Source: Lingula anatina (lineage: Eukaryota > Animalia > Brachiopoda). Taken from it: 64,000 nucleotides of DNA. A program made the position numbers and the translations under genes. Every line of letters starts with the position of its first letter. Position 1 is the stretch's first letter. This document shows positions 39,901 to 53,959 of the stretch, piece after piece. Below the pieces are notes generated by a model. It was not told the DNA's origin, ran no database searches, and saw nothing but the letters and a program-made list of their open reading frames with translations. The stretch lies in contig CM120640.1 of NCBI GenBank assembly GCA_051362555.1, positions 29,531,967 through 29,595,966 of the forward strand, read 5' to 3'.

Positions 39901-42900
39901 CAAAAAACACTTTTTATTCAATACAGACAACTGATCAGCTTATCTCTGATTTTTGTTGTTGTTAAGCATCATTTGTACAAATTTCAGAAATATAGGACAA
40001 AATTTGACAAAATTATTAACGTTTAACTATTTTAAGGCCTGGGATTTTCCAGTCTTTTCAATGTAATTTTCAGTTTTCCCAAATATGTTGTCCCAAAAAA
40101 CACTTTTTATTACACACAGACAACTGATCAGCTTATCACAGATTTTTGTTGTAGTTAAGCATCATTTGTACAAATTTCAGAAATATAGGACAAGATTTGA
40201 CAAAATTATTAACGTTTAACTATTTTAAGGCCTGGGATTTACCAGTCTTTTCAGTGTAATTTTCAGTTCGCCCAAATGTATTGTTCCAAAAAACACTTTT
40301 TATTAGACACAGTCATCTGATCAGCTTATCTCAGATTTTTGTTGTTGTTAAGCATTATTTGTACAAATTTCAGAAATATTGGACAAGATTTGACAAAATT
40401 ATTAATGTTTAACTATTTTAAGTCATAAAATATCCCAGTCTTTTCAATGTAATTTTTGGTTTTCGCAAATATATTGTCCTAAAAAACACTTTTCATTCAA
40501 TACAGACAACTGATCAGCTTATCACAGATTTCTATTGTTGTTAAGCATCATTTGTACAAATTTCAGAAATATAGGACAAAATTTGACAAAATTATTAACG
40601 TTTTAGTATTTTAAGGCCTGGGATTTGCCAGTCTTTTCAATGTAATTTTCAGTTTTCCCAAATAGGTTGTCCAAAAAAACACTTTTTATTACACACAGAC
40701 AACTGATCAGCTTATCACAGATTTTTGTTGTAGTTAAGCATCATTTGTACAAATTTCAGAAATGTTGGACCAGACTAGACAAAATTATTAACGTTTAACT
40801 ATTTTAATTAAATCACCGAATTTGTCATTCTTTTCAAATGTAATTTTCAGTCCTTTAAGTTATATTGTTCTTCTTTCAGAGTACCCTCACCATGAAAAAG
40901 CTGTAAAAGCAGGCAGTGAAAGATACCACCAAGAGCAGCACTGTGTCTTCTCCATGTGTACAATACATGATATTTGGCAAGATTTACTTGTTCAGTATTG
41001 TGATAACAACAACCCCTTCCAGAAAGGAGTAATCTGCATCTTGCAGAGGTAGTAAGGAGAACTCTTGTATGGGTATATATTGTTTTCCAGATGACATTTA
41101 TAGGTAATTTGCAACCTCTTACACAAACAACCTCAAATCATCACATTTGCTGTTTACTTTAAGAGTAAATAATACATTGCAATATTGAAATATTTGTTTT
41201 GTTTAATTCTCACTCTTCTGATAATCAATTTCCTATACATTTGACACCTAAAAAAAAGACTCAGATAACTGATCAGCTTATCACAGATTTCTATTGTTAT
41301 TAAGCATCATTTGTACAAATTTCAGAAATATAGGACAAGATTTGACAAAATTATTTACGTTTAAATATTTTAAGGCCTGGGATATGCCAGGCTTTTCAAT
41401 GTAATTTTCAGTTTTCCCAACTATGTTGTCCCAAAAAACACTTTTCATTAGACACAGACAACTGATCAGCTTATCACAGATTTTTATTGTTGTTAAGCAT
41501 CATTTGTACAAATTTCAGAAATATTGGACAAGATTTGATAAAATTATTAACGTTTAACTATTTTAAGGCCTGGGATTGGCCAGTCTTTTCAAATGTAATT
41601 TTCAGTCTTTTCCATTATATTGTTCTTCTTTCAGAGTACCCTCACCATGAAAAAGCTGAAAAAGCAGGCAGTGAAAGATACCACCAAGAGCAGCACTGTG
41701 TCTTCTCCATGTGTACAATACATGATATTTGGCAAGATTTACTTGTTGAGTATTGTGATAACAACAACCCCTTCCAGAAAGGAGTAATCTGCATCTTGCA
41801 GAGGTAGTAAGGAGAACTCTTGTATGGGTATATATTGTTTTCCAGATGACATTTATAGGTAATTTGCAACCTCTTACACAAACAACCTCAAATCATCACA
41901 TTTGCTGTTTACTTTCAGAGTAAATAATACATTGCAATATTGAAATATTTGTTTTGTTTAATTCTCACTCTTCTGATAATCAATTTCCTATACATTTGAC
42001 ACCTAAAAAAAAGACTCAGATAACTGATAAGCTTATCACAGATTTCTATTGTTATTAAGCATCATTTGTACAAATTTCAGAAATATAGGACAAGATTTGA
42101 TAAAATTATTAACGTTTAACTATTTTAAGGCCTGGGATATGCCAGGCTTTTCAATGTAATTTTCAGTTTTCCCAACTATGTTGTCCCAAAAAAACACTTT
42201 TCATTAAAAACAGACAACTGATCAGCTTATCACAGATTTTTATTGTTGTTAAGCATCATTTGTACAAATTTCAGAAATATTGGACTAGATTAGACAAAAA
42301 TATTAACGTTTAACTATTTCAAGTCCTGCAAATTCCCTGTCTTTTCAATGTAATTTTCAGTTTTCCCAAATATGTTGTCCCAAAAAACACTTTTCATTAG
42401 ACACAGACAACTGATCAGCTTATCACAGATTTTTATTGTTGTTAAGCATCATTTGTACAAATTTCAGAAATAAAGGACAAGATTTGACAAAATTATTTAC
42501 GTTTAACTATTTTAAGGCCTGGGATATGCCAGGCTTTTCAATGTAATTTTCAGTTTTCCCAAATATGTTGTCCCAAAAAACACTTTTCATTAGACACAGA
42601 CAACTGATCAGCTTATCACTGATTTTAATTGTTGTTAAGCATCATTTGTACAAATTTCATAAATATTGGACTAGATTTGACATAATTATTACCGTTTAAC
42701 TATTTTAAGGCCTGGGATTGGCCAGTCTTTTCAAATGTAATTTTCAGTCTTTTCAGTTATATTGTTCTTGTTTCAGAGTACCCTCACCATGAAAAAGCTG
42801 AAAAAGCAGGCAGTGAAAGATACCACCAAGATCAGCACTGTGTCTTCTCCATGTGTACAATACATGATATTTGGCAAGATTTACTTGTTCAGTATTGTGA

Positions 42901-44229
42901 TAACAACAACCCCTTCCAGAAAGGAGTAATCTGCATCTTGTAGAGGTAGTAAGGAGAACTCTTGTATGGGTATATATTGTTTTCCAGATGACAGTTATAG
43001 GTAATTTGCAACCTCTTACACAAACAACCTCAAATCATCACATTTGCTGTTTACTTTAAGAGTAAATAATACATTGCAATATTGAAATATTTGTTTTGTT
43101 TAATTCTCACTCTTCTGATAATCAATTTCCTATACATTTCACACCTAAAAAAAGACTCAGATAACTGATCAGCTTATCACAGATTTCTATTGTTATTAAG
43201 CATCATTTGTTCAAATTTCAGAAATATAGGACATGATTTGACAAAATTATTAACGTTTAACTATTTTAAGGCCTGGGATATGCCAGGCTTTTCAATGTAA
43301 TTTTCAGTTTTCCCAACTATGTTGTCCCAAAAAACACTTTTCATTAGACACAGACAACTGATCAGCTTATCACAGATTTTTATTGTTGTTAAGCATCATT
43401 TGTACAAATTTCAGAAATATTGGACCAGATTAGACAAAATTATTAATGTTTAACTATTTCAAGTCCTGCAAATTCATAGTTTTTTCAATGTAATTTTCAG
43501 TTTTCCCAAATATGTTGTCCCAAAAAACACTTTTCATTAGACACAGACAACTGATCAGCTTATCACAGATTTTTATTGTTGTTTAGCATCATTTGTACAA
43601 ATTTCATAAATATTGGACTAGATTTGACATAATTATTGCTGTTTAACTATTTTAAGGCCTGGGATTGGCCAGTCTTTTCAAATGTAATTTTCAGTCTTTT
43701 CCGTTATATTGTTCTTCTTTCAGAGTACCCTCACCATGAAAAAGCTGAAAAAGCAGGCAGTGAAAGATACCACCAAGAGCAGCACTGTGTCTTCTCCATG
43801 TGTACAATACATGATATTTGGCAAGATTTACTTGTTCAGTATTGTGATAACAACAACCCCTTCCAGAAAGGAGTAATCTGCATCTTGCAGAGGTAGTAAG
43901 GAGAACTCTTGTATGGGTATATATTGTTTTCCAGATGACAGTTATAGGTAATTTGCAACCTCTTGCACAAACAACCTCAAATCATCACATTTGCTGTTTA
44001 CTTTCAGAGTAAATAATACATTGCAATATTGAAATATTTGTTTTGTTTAATTCTCACTCTTCTGATAATCAATTTCCTATACATTTGACACCTAAAAAAA
44101 AGACTCAGATAACTGATAAGCTTATCACAGATTTCTATTGTTATTAAGCATCATTTGTACAAATTTCAGAAATATAGGACAAGATTTGACAAAATTATTT
44201 ACGTTTAACTATTTTAAGGCCTGGGATAT

Positions 44230-47200
44230 GCCAGGCTTTTCAATGTAATTTTCAGTTTTCCCAAATATGTTGTCCCAAAAAACACTTTTCATTAAAAACA
44301 GACAACTGATCAGCTTATCACAGATTTTTATTGTTGTTAAGCATCATTTGTACAAATTTCAGAAATATTGGACAAGATTTGATAAAATTATTAACGTTTA
44401 ACTATTTTAAGGCCTGGGATTGGCCAGTCTTTTCAAATGTAATTTTCAGTCTTTTCCGTTATATTGTTCTTCTTTCAGAGTACCCTCACCATGAAAAAGC
44501 TGAAAAAGCAGGCAGTGAAAGATACCACCAAGAGCAGCACTGTGTCTTCTCCATGTGTACAATACATGATATTTGGCAAGATTTACTTGTTGAGTATTGT
44601 GATAACAACAACCCCTTCCAGAAAGGAGTAATCTGCATCTTGCAGAGGTAGTAAGGAGAACTCTTGTATGGGTATATATTGTTTTCCAGATGACATTTAT
44701 AGGTAATTTGCAACCTCTTACACAAACAACCTCAAATCATCACATTTGCTGTTTACTTTCAGAGTAAATAATACATTGCAATATTGAAATATTTGTTTTG
44801 TTTAATTCTCACTCTTCTGATAATCAATTTCCTATACATTTGACACCTAAAAAAAAGACTCAGATAACTGATAAGCTTATCACAGATTTCTATTGTTATT
44901 AAGCATCATTTGTACAAATTTCAGAAATATTGGACAAGATTTGATAAAATTATTAACGTTTAACTATTTTAAGGCCTGGGATATGCCATGCTTTTCAATG
45001 TAATTTTCAGTTTTCCCAACTATGTTGTCCCAAAAAACACTTTTCATTAAAAACAGACAACTGATCAGCTTATCACAGATTTTTATTGTTGTTAAGCATC
45101 ATTTGTACAAATTTCAGAAATATTGGACTAGATTAGACAAAATTATTAACGTTTAACTATTTCAAGTCCTGCAAATTCCCTGTCTTTTCAATGTAATTTT
45201 CAGTTTTCCCAAATATGTTGTCCAAAAAAACACTTTTCATTAGACACAGACAACTGATCAGCTTATCACTGATTTTAATTGTTGTTAAGCATCATTTGTA
45301 CAAATTTCATAAATATTGGACTAGATTTGACAAAATTATTACCGTTTAAATATTTCAAGTCCTGCGAATTCCCACTCTTTTCAATGTAATTTTTGGTTTT
45401 CGCAAATATATTGTCCTAAAAATCACTTTTCATTCAATACAGACAACTGATCAGCTTATCACAGATTTTTTTTGTTGGTAAGCATCATTTGTACAAATTT
45501 CAGAAATAAAGGACAAGATTTGACAAAATTATTTACGTTTAACTATTTTAAGGCCTGGGATATGCCAGGCTTTTCAATGTAATTTTCAGTTTTCCCAAAT
45601 ATGTTGTCCCAAAAAACACTTTTCATTAAAAACAGACAACTGATCAGCTTATCACAGATTTTTATTGTTGTTAAGCATCATTTGTACAAATTTCAGAAAT
45701 ATTGGACAAGATTTGATAAAATTATTAACGTTTAACTATTTTAAGGCCTGGGATTGGCCAGTCTTTTCAAATGTAATTTTCAGTCTTTTCCGTTATATTG
45801 TTCTTCTTTCAGAGTACCCTCACCATGAAAAAGCTGAAAAAGCAGGCAGTGAAAGATACCACCAAGAGCAGCACTGTGTCTTCTCCATGTGTACAATACA
45901 TGATATTTGGCAAGATTTACTTGTTCAGTATTGTGATAACAACAACCCCTTCCAGAAAGGAGTAATCTGCATCTTGCAGAGGTAGTAAGGAGAACTCTTG
46001 TATGGGTATATATTGTTTTCCAGATGACATTTATAGGTAATTTGCAACCTCTTACACAAACAACCTCAAATCATCACATTTGCTGTTTACTTTCAGAGTA
46101 AATAATACATTGCAATATTGAAATATTTGTTTTGTTTAATTCTCACTCTTCTGATAATCAATTTCCTATACATTTGACACCTAAAAAAAATACTCAGATA
46201 ACTGATAAGCTTATCACAGATTTCTATTGTTATTAAGCATCATTTGTACAAATTTCAGAAATATTGGACAAGATTTGATAAAATTATTAACGTTTAACTA
46301 TTTTAAGGCCTGGGATATGCCATACTTTTCAATGTAATTTTCAGTTTTCCCAACTATGTTGTCCCAAAAAACACTTTTCATTAAAAACAGACAACTGATC
46401 AGCTTATCACAGATTTTTATTGTTGTTAAGCATCATTTGTACAAATTTCAGAAATATTGGACTAGATTAGACAAAATTATTAACGTTTAACTATTTCAAG
46501 TCCTGCAAATTCCCTGTCTTTTCAATGTAATTTTCAGTTTTCCCAAATATGTTGTCCAAAAAAACACTTTTCATTAGACACAGACAACTGATCAGCTTAT
46601 CAGTGATTTTAATTGTTGTTAAGCATCATTTGTACAAATTTCATAAATATTGGACTAGATTTGACAAAATTATTACCGTTTAAATATTTCAAGTCCTGCG
46701 AATTCCCACTCTTTTCAATGTAATTTTTGGTTTTCGCAAATATATTGTCCAAAAAATCACTTTTCATTCAATACAGACAACTGATCAGCTTATCACAGAT
46801 TTTTATTGTTGGTAAGCATCATTTGTACAAATTTCAGAAATAAAGGACAAGATTTGACAAAATTATTTACGTTTAACTATTTTAAGGCCTGGGATATGCC
46901 AGGCTTTTCAATGTAATTTTCAGTTTTCCCAAATATGTTGTCCCAAAAAACACTTTTCATTAAAAACAGACAACTGATCAGCGTATCACAGATTTTTATT
47001 GTTGTTAAGCATCATTTGTACAAATTTCAGAAATATTGGACAAGATTTGATAAAATTATTAACGTTTAACTATTTTAAGGCCTGGGATTGGCCAGTCTTT
47101 TCAAATGTAATTTTCAGTCTTTTCCGTTATATTGTTCTTCTTTCAGAGTACCCTCACCATGAAAAAGCTGAAAAAGCAGGCAGTGAAAGATACCACCAAG

Positions 47201-47350
47201 AGCAGCACTGTGTCTTCTCCATGTGTACAATACATGATATTTGGCAAGATTTACTTGTTGAGTATTGTGATAACAACAACCCCTTCCAGAAAGGAGTAAT
47301 CTGCATCTTGCAGAGGTAGTAAGGAGAACTCTTGTATGGGTATATATTGT
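44230..47350 (+). repeat. Tandem 1334-bp unit (core monomer + 4 monomers), ~2.3 copies
   Basis: Cores at 44479, 45813 and 47147 are exactly 1334 apart, with shared GCCAT and CCCACTCTTT variants. Confidence 0.9.
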
Positions 47351-50300
47351 TTTGATCAATTTCCCATACACATGACACTTAAAAAAAAAGACTCAGATAA
47401 CTGATCAGCTTATCACAGATTTTTATTGTTGTTAAGCATCATTTGTACAAATTTCAGAAATATTGCACTAGATTTGACAAAAATATTAACGTTTAACTAT
47501 TATAAGTCATAAAATATCCCAGTCTTTTCAGTGTAATTTTCAGTTCTCCCAAATATATTGTTCCAAAAACACTTTTTATTCAATACAGACAACTGATCAG
47601 CTTATCTCTGATTTTTGTTGTAGTTAAGCATCATTTGTACAAATTTCAGAAATATAGGACAAGATTTGACAAAATTATTAACGTTTAACTATTTTAAGGT
47701 CTGGGATTTACCAGTCTTTTCAGTGTAATTTTCAGTTCTCCCAAATATATTGTTCCAAAAAACACTTTTTATTAGACACAGTCATCTGATCAGCTTATCT
47801 CAGATTTTTGTTGTTGTTAAGCATTATTTGTACAAATTTCAGAAATATTGGACAAGATTTGACAAAATTATTAACGTTTAACTATTTTAAGGCCTGGGAT
47901 TTACCAGTCTTTTCAGTGTAATTTTCAGTTCTCCCAAATATATTGTTCCAAAAAACACTTTTTATTAGACACAGTCATCTGATCAGCTTATCTCAGATTT
48001 TTGTTGTTGTTAAGCATTATTTGTACAAATTTCAGAAATATTGGACAAGATTTGACAAAATTATTAATGGTTAACTATTTTAAGTCATAAAATATCCCAG
48101 TCTTTTCAGTGTAATTTTCAGTTCTCCCAAATATATTGTTCTAAAAAACACTTTTTATTAGACTCAGATAACTGATCAGCATATCACAGATTTTGATTAT
48201 TGTTAAGCATCATTTCTACAAATTTCAGAAATATAGGACAAAATTTGACAAAATTATTAACGTTTAACTATTTTAAGGCCTGGGATTTGCCAGTCTTTTC
48301 AATGTAATTTTCAGTTTTCCCAAATATGTTGTCCCAAAAAACACTTTTCATTACACACAGACAACTGATCAGCTTATCACAGATTTTTGTTGTTGTTAAG
48401 CATCATTTGTACAAATTTCAGAAATATAGGACAAAATTTGACAAAATTATTAACGTTTCACTATTTTAAGGCCTGGGATTTGCCAGTCTTTTCAGTGTAA
48501 TTTTCAGTTCTCCCATATATATTGTTCCAAAAAGCACTTTTTATTAGACACAGTCAACTGATCAGCTTATCTCAGATTTTTGTTGTTGTTAAGCATCATT
48601 TGTACAAATTTCAGAAATGTTGGGCAAGATTTGACAAAATTAACGTTTAACTATTTTAATTAAGTCACTGAATTTGTCATTCTTTTCAAATGTAATTTTC
48701 AGTCCTTTCAGTTATATTGTTCTTGTTTCAGAGTACCCTCACCATGAAAAAGCTGAAAAGGCAGGCAGTGAAAGATACCACCAAGAGCAGCACTGTGTCT
48801 TCTCCATGTGTACAATACATGATATTTGGCAAGATTTAGGGCCTTGTTGAGTATTGTGATAACAACAACCCCTTCCAGAAAGGAGTAATCTGCATCTTGC
48901 AGAGGTAGTAAGGAGAACTCTTGTATGGGTATATATTGTTTTCCAGATGACAGTTATAGGTAATTTGCAACCTCTTACACAAACAACCTCAAATCATCAC
49001 ATTTGCTGTTTACATTCAGAGTAAATAATACATTGCAATATTGAAATATTTGTTTTGGTTAATTCTCACTCTTCTGATGATCAATTTCCCATACATGTGA
49101 CACTTAAAAAAAAAAGACTCAGATAACTGATCAGCTTATCACAGATTTTCATTGTTGTTAAGCATCATTTGTACAAATTTCATAAATATTGGACTAGATT
49201 TGACAAAATTATTAATGTTTAACTATTTTAAGTCATAAAATATCCCAGTCTTTTCAGCGTAATTTTCAGTTCTCCCAAATATATTGTTCCAAAAAACACT
49301 TTTCATTAGACACAGTCAATTGATCAGCTTATCTCAGATTTTTGTTGTTGTTAAGCATCATTAGTACAAATTTCAGAAATATAGGACAATATTTGACAAA
49401 ATTATTAACGTTTAACTATTTCAAGTCCTGCGAATTCCCAGTCTTTTCAATGTAATTTTTGGTTTTCGCAAATATATTGTCCTAAAAAACACTTTTTATT
49501 CAATACAGACAACTGAACAGCTTATCTCTGATTTTTGTTGTTGTTAAGCATCATTTGTACAAATTTCAGAAATATAGGACAAAATTTGACAAAATTATTA
49601 ACGTTTAACTATTTTTAGGCCTGGTATTTTCCAGTCTTTTCAATGTAATTTTCAGTTTTCCCAAATATGTTGTCCCAAAAAACACTTTTCATTACACACA
49701 GACAACTGATCAGCTTATCACAGATTTTTGTTGTTGTTAAGCATTATTTGTACAAATTTCAGAAATATTGGACAAGATTTGACAAAATTATTAATGTTTA
49801 ACTATTTTAAGTCATAAAATATCCCAGTCTTTTCAGTGTAATTTTCAGTTTTCCCAAATATATTGTTCTAAAAAACACTTTTTATTAGACTCAGATAACT
49901 GATCAGCTTATCACAGATTTTTATTATTGTTAAGCATCATTTGTACAAATTTCAGAAATATTCCACCAGATTTGACAAAATTATTAATGTTTAACTATTG
50001 TAAGGTCTGGGTTTTGCCAGTCTTTTCAATGTAATTTTCAGTTTTCCCAAATATGTTGTCCCAAAAAACACTTTTCATTAGACACAGACAACTGATCAAC
50101 TTATCACAGATTTTTATTGTTGTTAAGCATCATTTGTACAAATTTCATAAATATTGGACTAGATTTGACAAAATTATTAACGTTTTACTATTTCAAGTCC
50201 TGCGAATTCCCAGTCTTTTCAGTGTATTTTCAGTTCTCCCAAATATATTGTTCCAAAAAACACTTTTCATAAGACACAGTCAATTGATCAGCTTATCTCA

Positions 50301-50499
50301 GATTTTTGTTTTTGTTAAGCATCATTTGTACAAATTTCAGAAATATAAGACAAAATTTGACAAAGTTATTAACGTTTAACTATTTTAAGGCCTGGGATTT
50401 GCCAGTCTTTTCAATGTAATTTCAGTTTTCCCAAATAGGTTGTCCGAAAAAACACTTTTCATTACACACAGACAACTGATCAGCTTATCACAGATTTTT

Positions 50500-52830
50500 G
50501 TTGTAGTTAAGCATCATTTGTACAAATTTCAGAAATGTTGGACCTGACTAGACAAAATTATTAACGTTTAACTATTTTAATTAAATCACCGAATTTGTCA
50601 TTCTTTTCAAATGTAATTTTCAGTCCTTTAAGTTATATTGTTCTTCTTTCAGAGTACCCTCACCATAAAAAAGCTGAAAAAGCAGGCAGTGAAAGATACC
50701 ACCAAGAGCAGCACTGTGTCTTCTCCATGTGTACAATACATGATATTTGGCAAGATTTAGGGCCTTGTTGAGTATTGTAATAACAACAACCCCTTCCAGA
50801 AAGGAGTAATCTGCATCTTGCAGAGGTAGTAAGGAGAACTCTTGTATGGGTATATATTGTTTTCCAGATGACAGTTATAGGTAATTTGCAACCTCTTACA
50901 CAAACAACCTCAAATCATCACATTTGCTGTTTACTTTCAGAGTAAATAATACATTGCAATATTGAAATATTTGTTTTGGTTAATTCTCACTCTTCTGATG
51001 ATCAATTTCCCATACACTTGACACTTAAAAGAAAAGACTCAGATAACTGATCAGCTTATCACAGATTTTTATTATTGTTAAGCGTCATTTGTACAAATTT
51101 CAGAAATATTCCACCAGATTTGACAAAATTATTAATATTTAACTATTGTAAGGTCTGGGTTTTGCCAGTCTTTTCAATGTAATTTTCAGTTTTCCCAAAT
51201 ATGTTGTCCCAAAAAACACTTTTCATTAGACACAGACAACTGATCAGCTTATCACAGATTTTTATTGTTGTTAAGCATCATTTGTACAAATTTCATAAAT
51301 ATTGGACTAGATTTGACAAAATTTTTAACATTTTACTATTTTAAGTCATAAAATATCCCAGTCTTTTCAGTGTAATTTTCAGTTCTCCCAAATATATTGT
51401 TCCAAAAAACACTTTTTATTCAATACAGACAACTGATCAGCTTATCTCTGATTTTTGTTGTTGTTAAGCATCATTTGTACAAATTTCAGAAATATAGGAC
51501 AAAATTTGACAAAATTATTAACGTTTAACTATTTTAAGGCCTGGGATTTTCCAGTCTTTTCAATGTAATTTTCAGTTTTCCCAAATATGTTGTCCCAAAA
51601 AACACTTTTTATTACACACAGACAACTGATCAGCTTATCACAGATTTTTGTTGTAGTTAAGCATCATTTGTACAAATTTCAGAAATGTTGGACCTGACTA
51701 GACAAAATTATTAACGTTTAACTATTTTAATTAAATCACCGAATTTGTCATTCTTTTCAAATGTAATTTTCAGTCCTTTAAGTTATATTGTTCTTCTTTC
51801 AGAGTACCCTCACCATGAAAAAGCTGAAAAAGCAGGCAGTGAAAGATACCACCAAGAGCAGCACTGTGTCTTCTCCATGTGTACAATACATGATATTTGG
51901 CAAGATTTAGGGCCTTGTTGAGTATTGTAATAACAACAACCCCTTCCAGAAAGGAGTAATCTGCATCTTGCAGAGGTAGTAAGGAGAACTCTTGTATGGG
52001 TATATATTGTTTTCCAGATGACAGTTATAGGTAATTTGCAACCTCTTAGACAAACAACCTCAAATCATCACATTTGCTGTTTACTTTCAGAGTAAATAAT
52101 ACATTGCAATATTGAAATATTTGTTTTGGTTAATTCTCACTCTTCTGATGATCAATTTCCCATACACTTGACACTTAAAAGAAAAGACTCAGATAACTGA
52201 TCAGCTTATCACAGATTTTTATTATTGTTAAGCATCATTTGTACAAATTTCAGAAATATTCCACTAGATTTGACAAAATTATTAATATTTAACTATTGTA
52301 AGGTCTGGGTTTTGCCAGTCTTTTCAATGTAATTTTCAGTTTTCCCAAATATGTTGTCCCAAAAAACACTTTTCATTAGACACAGACAACTGATCAGCTT
52401 ATCACAGATTTTTATTGTTGTTAAGCATCATTTGTACAAATTTCATAAATATTGGACTAGATTTGACAAAATTATTAACGTTTTACTATTTTAAGTCATA
52501 AAATATCCCAGTCTTTTCAGTGTAATTTTCAGTTCTCCCAAATATATTGTTCCAAAAAACACTTTTTATTCAATACAGACAACTGATCAGCTTATCTCTG
52601 ATTTTTGTTGTTGTTAAGCATCATTTGTACAAATTTCAGAAATATAGGACAAAATTTGACAAAATTATTAATGTTTAACTATTTTAAGGCCTGGAATTTT
52701 CCAGTCTTTTCAATGTAATTTTCAGTTTTCCCAAATATGTTGTCCCAAAAAACACTTTTTATTACACACAGACAACTGATCAGCTTATCACAGATTTTTG
52801 TTGTAGTTAAGCATCATTTGTACAAATTTC
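50500..52830 (+). repeat. Diverged tandem pair of ~1150-bp units
   Basis: Cores at 50653 and 51803 share TATTGTAATAAC, CTTAAAAGAAAAGACTC and GGACCTGACTAG variants. Confidence 0.85.
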
Positions 52831-53959
52831 AGAAATATAGGACAAGATTTGACAAAATTATTAACGTTTAACTATTTTAAGGCCTGGGATTTACCAGTCT
52901 TTTCAGTGTAATTTTCAGTTCTCCCAAATATATTGTTCCAAAAAACACTTTTTATTCAATACAGACAACTGATCAGCTTATCTCTGATTTTTGTTGTTGT
53001 TAAGCATCATTTGTACAAATTTCAGAAATATAGGACAAAATTTGACAAAATTATTAACGTTTAACTATTTTAAGGCCTGGGATTTGCCAGTCTTTTCAAT
53101 GTAATTTCAGTTTTCCCAAATAGGTTGTCCAAAAAAACACTTTTCATTACACACAGTCAACTGATCAGCTTATCTCAGATTTTTTTTGTTGTTAAGCATT
53201 ATTTGTACAAATTTCAGAATGTTGGACATGATTTGACAAAATTATTAACGTTTAACTATTTTAATTAAATCACCGAATTTGTCATTCTTTTCAAATGTAA
53301 TTTTCAGTTCTTTAAGTTATATTGTTCTTCTTTCAGAGTACCCTCACCATGAAAAAGCTGAAAAAGCAGGCAGTGAAAGATACCACCAAGAGCAGCACTG
53401 TGTCTTCTCCATGTGTACAATACATGATATTTGGCAAGATTTACTTGTTCAGTATTGTGATAACAACAACCCCTTCCAGAAAGGAGTAATCTGCATCTTG
53501 CAGAGGTAGTAAGGAGAACTCTTGTATGGGTATATATTGTTTTCCAGATGACAGTTATAGGTAATTTGCAACCTCTTACACAAACAACCTCAAATCATCA
53601 CATTTGCTGTTTACTTTAAGAGTAAATAATACATTGCAATATTGAAATATTTGTTTTGTTTAATTCTCACTCTTCTGATAATCAATTTCCTATACATTTG
53701 ACACCTAAAAAAAAGACTCAGATAACTGATAAGCTTATCACAGATTTCTATTGTTATTAAGCATCATTTGTACAAATTTCAGAAATATAGGACAAGATTT
53801 GACAAAATTATTTACGTTTAACTATTTTAAGGCCTGGGATATGCCAGGCTTTTCAATGTAATTTTCAGTTTTCCCAAATATGTTGTCCCAAAAAACACTT
53901 TTCATTAAAAACAGACAACTGATCAGCTGATCACAGATTTTTATTGTTGTTAAGCATCA

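Noticed and set aside
50053-50379. 108-aa ORF
   Set aside because: It is a chance open frame across two monomers with internal repetition and is closed in all other monomers.
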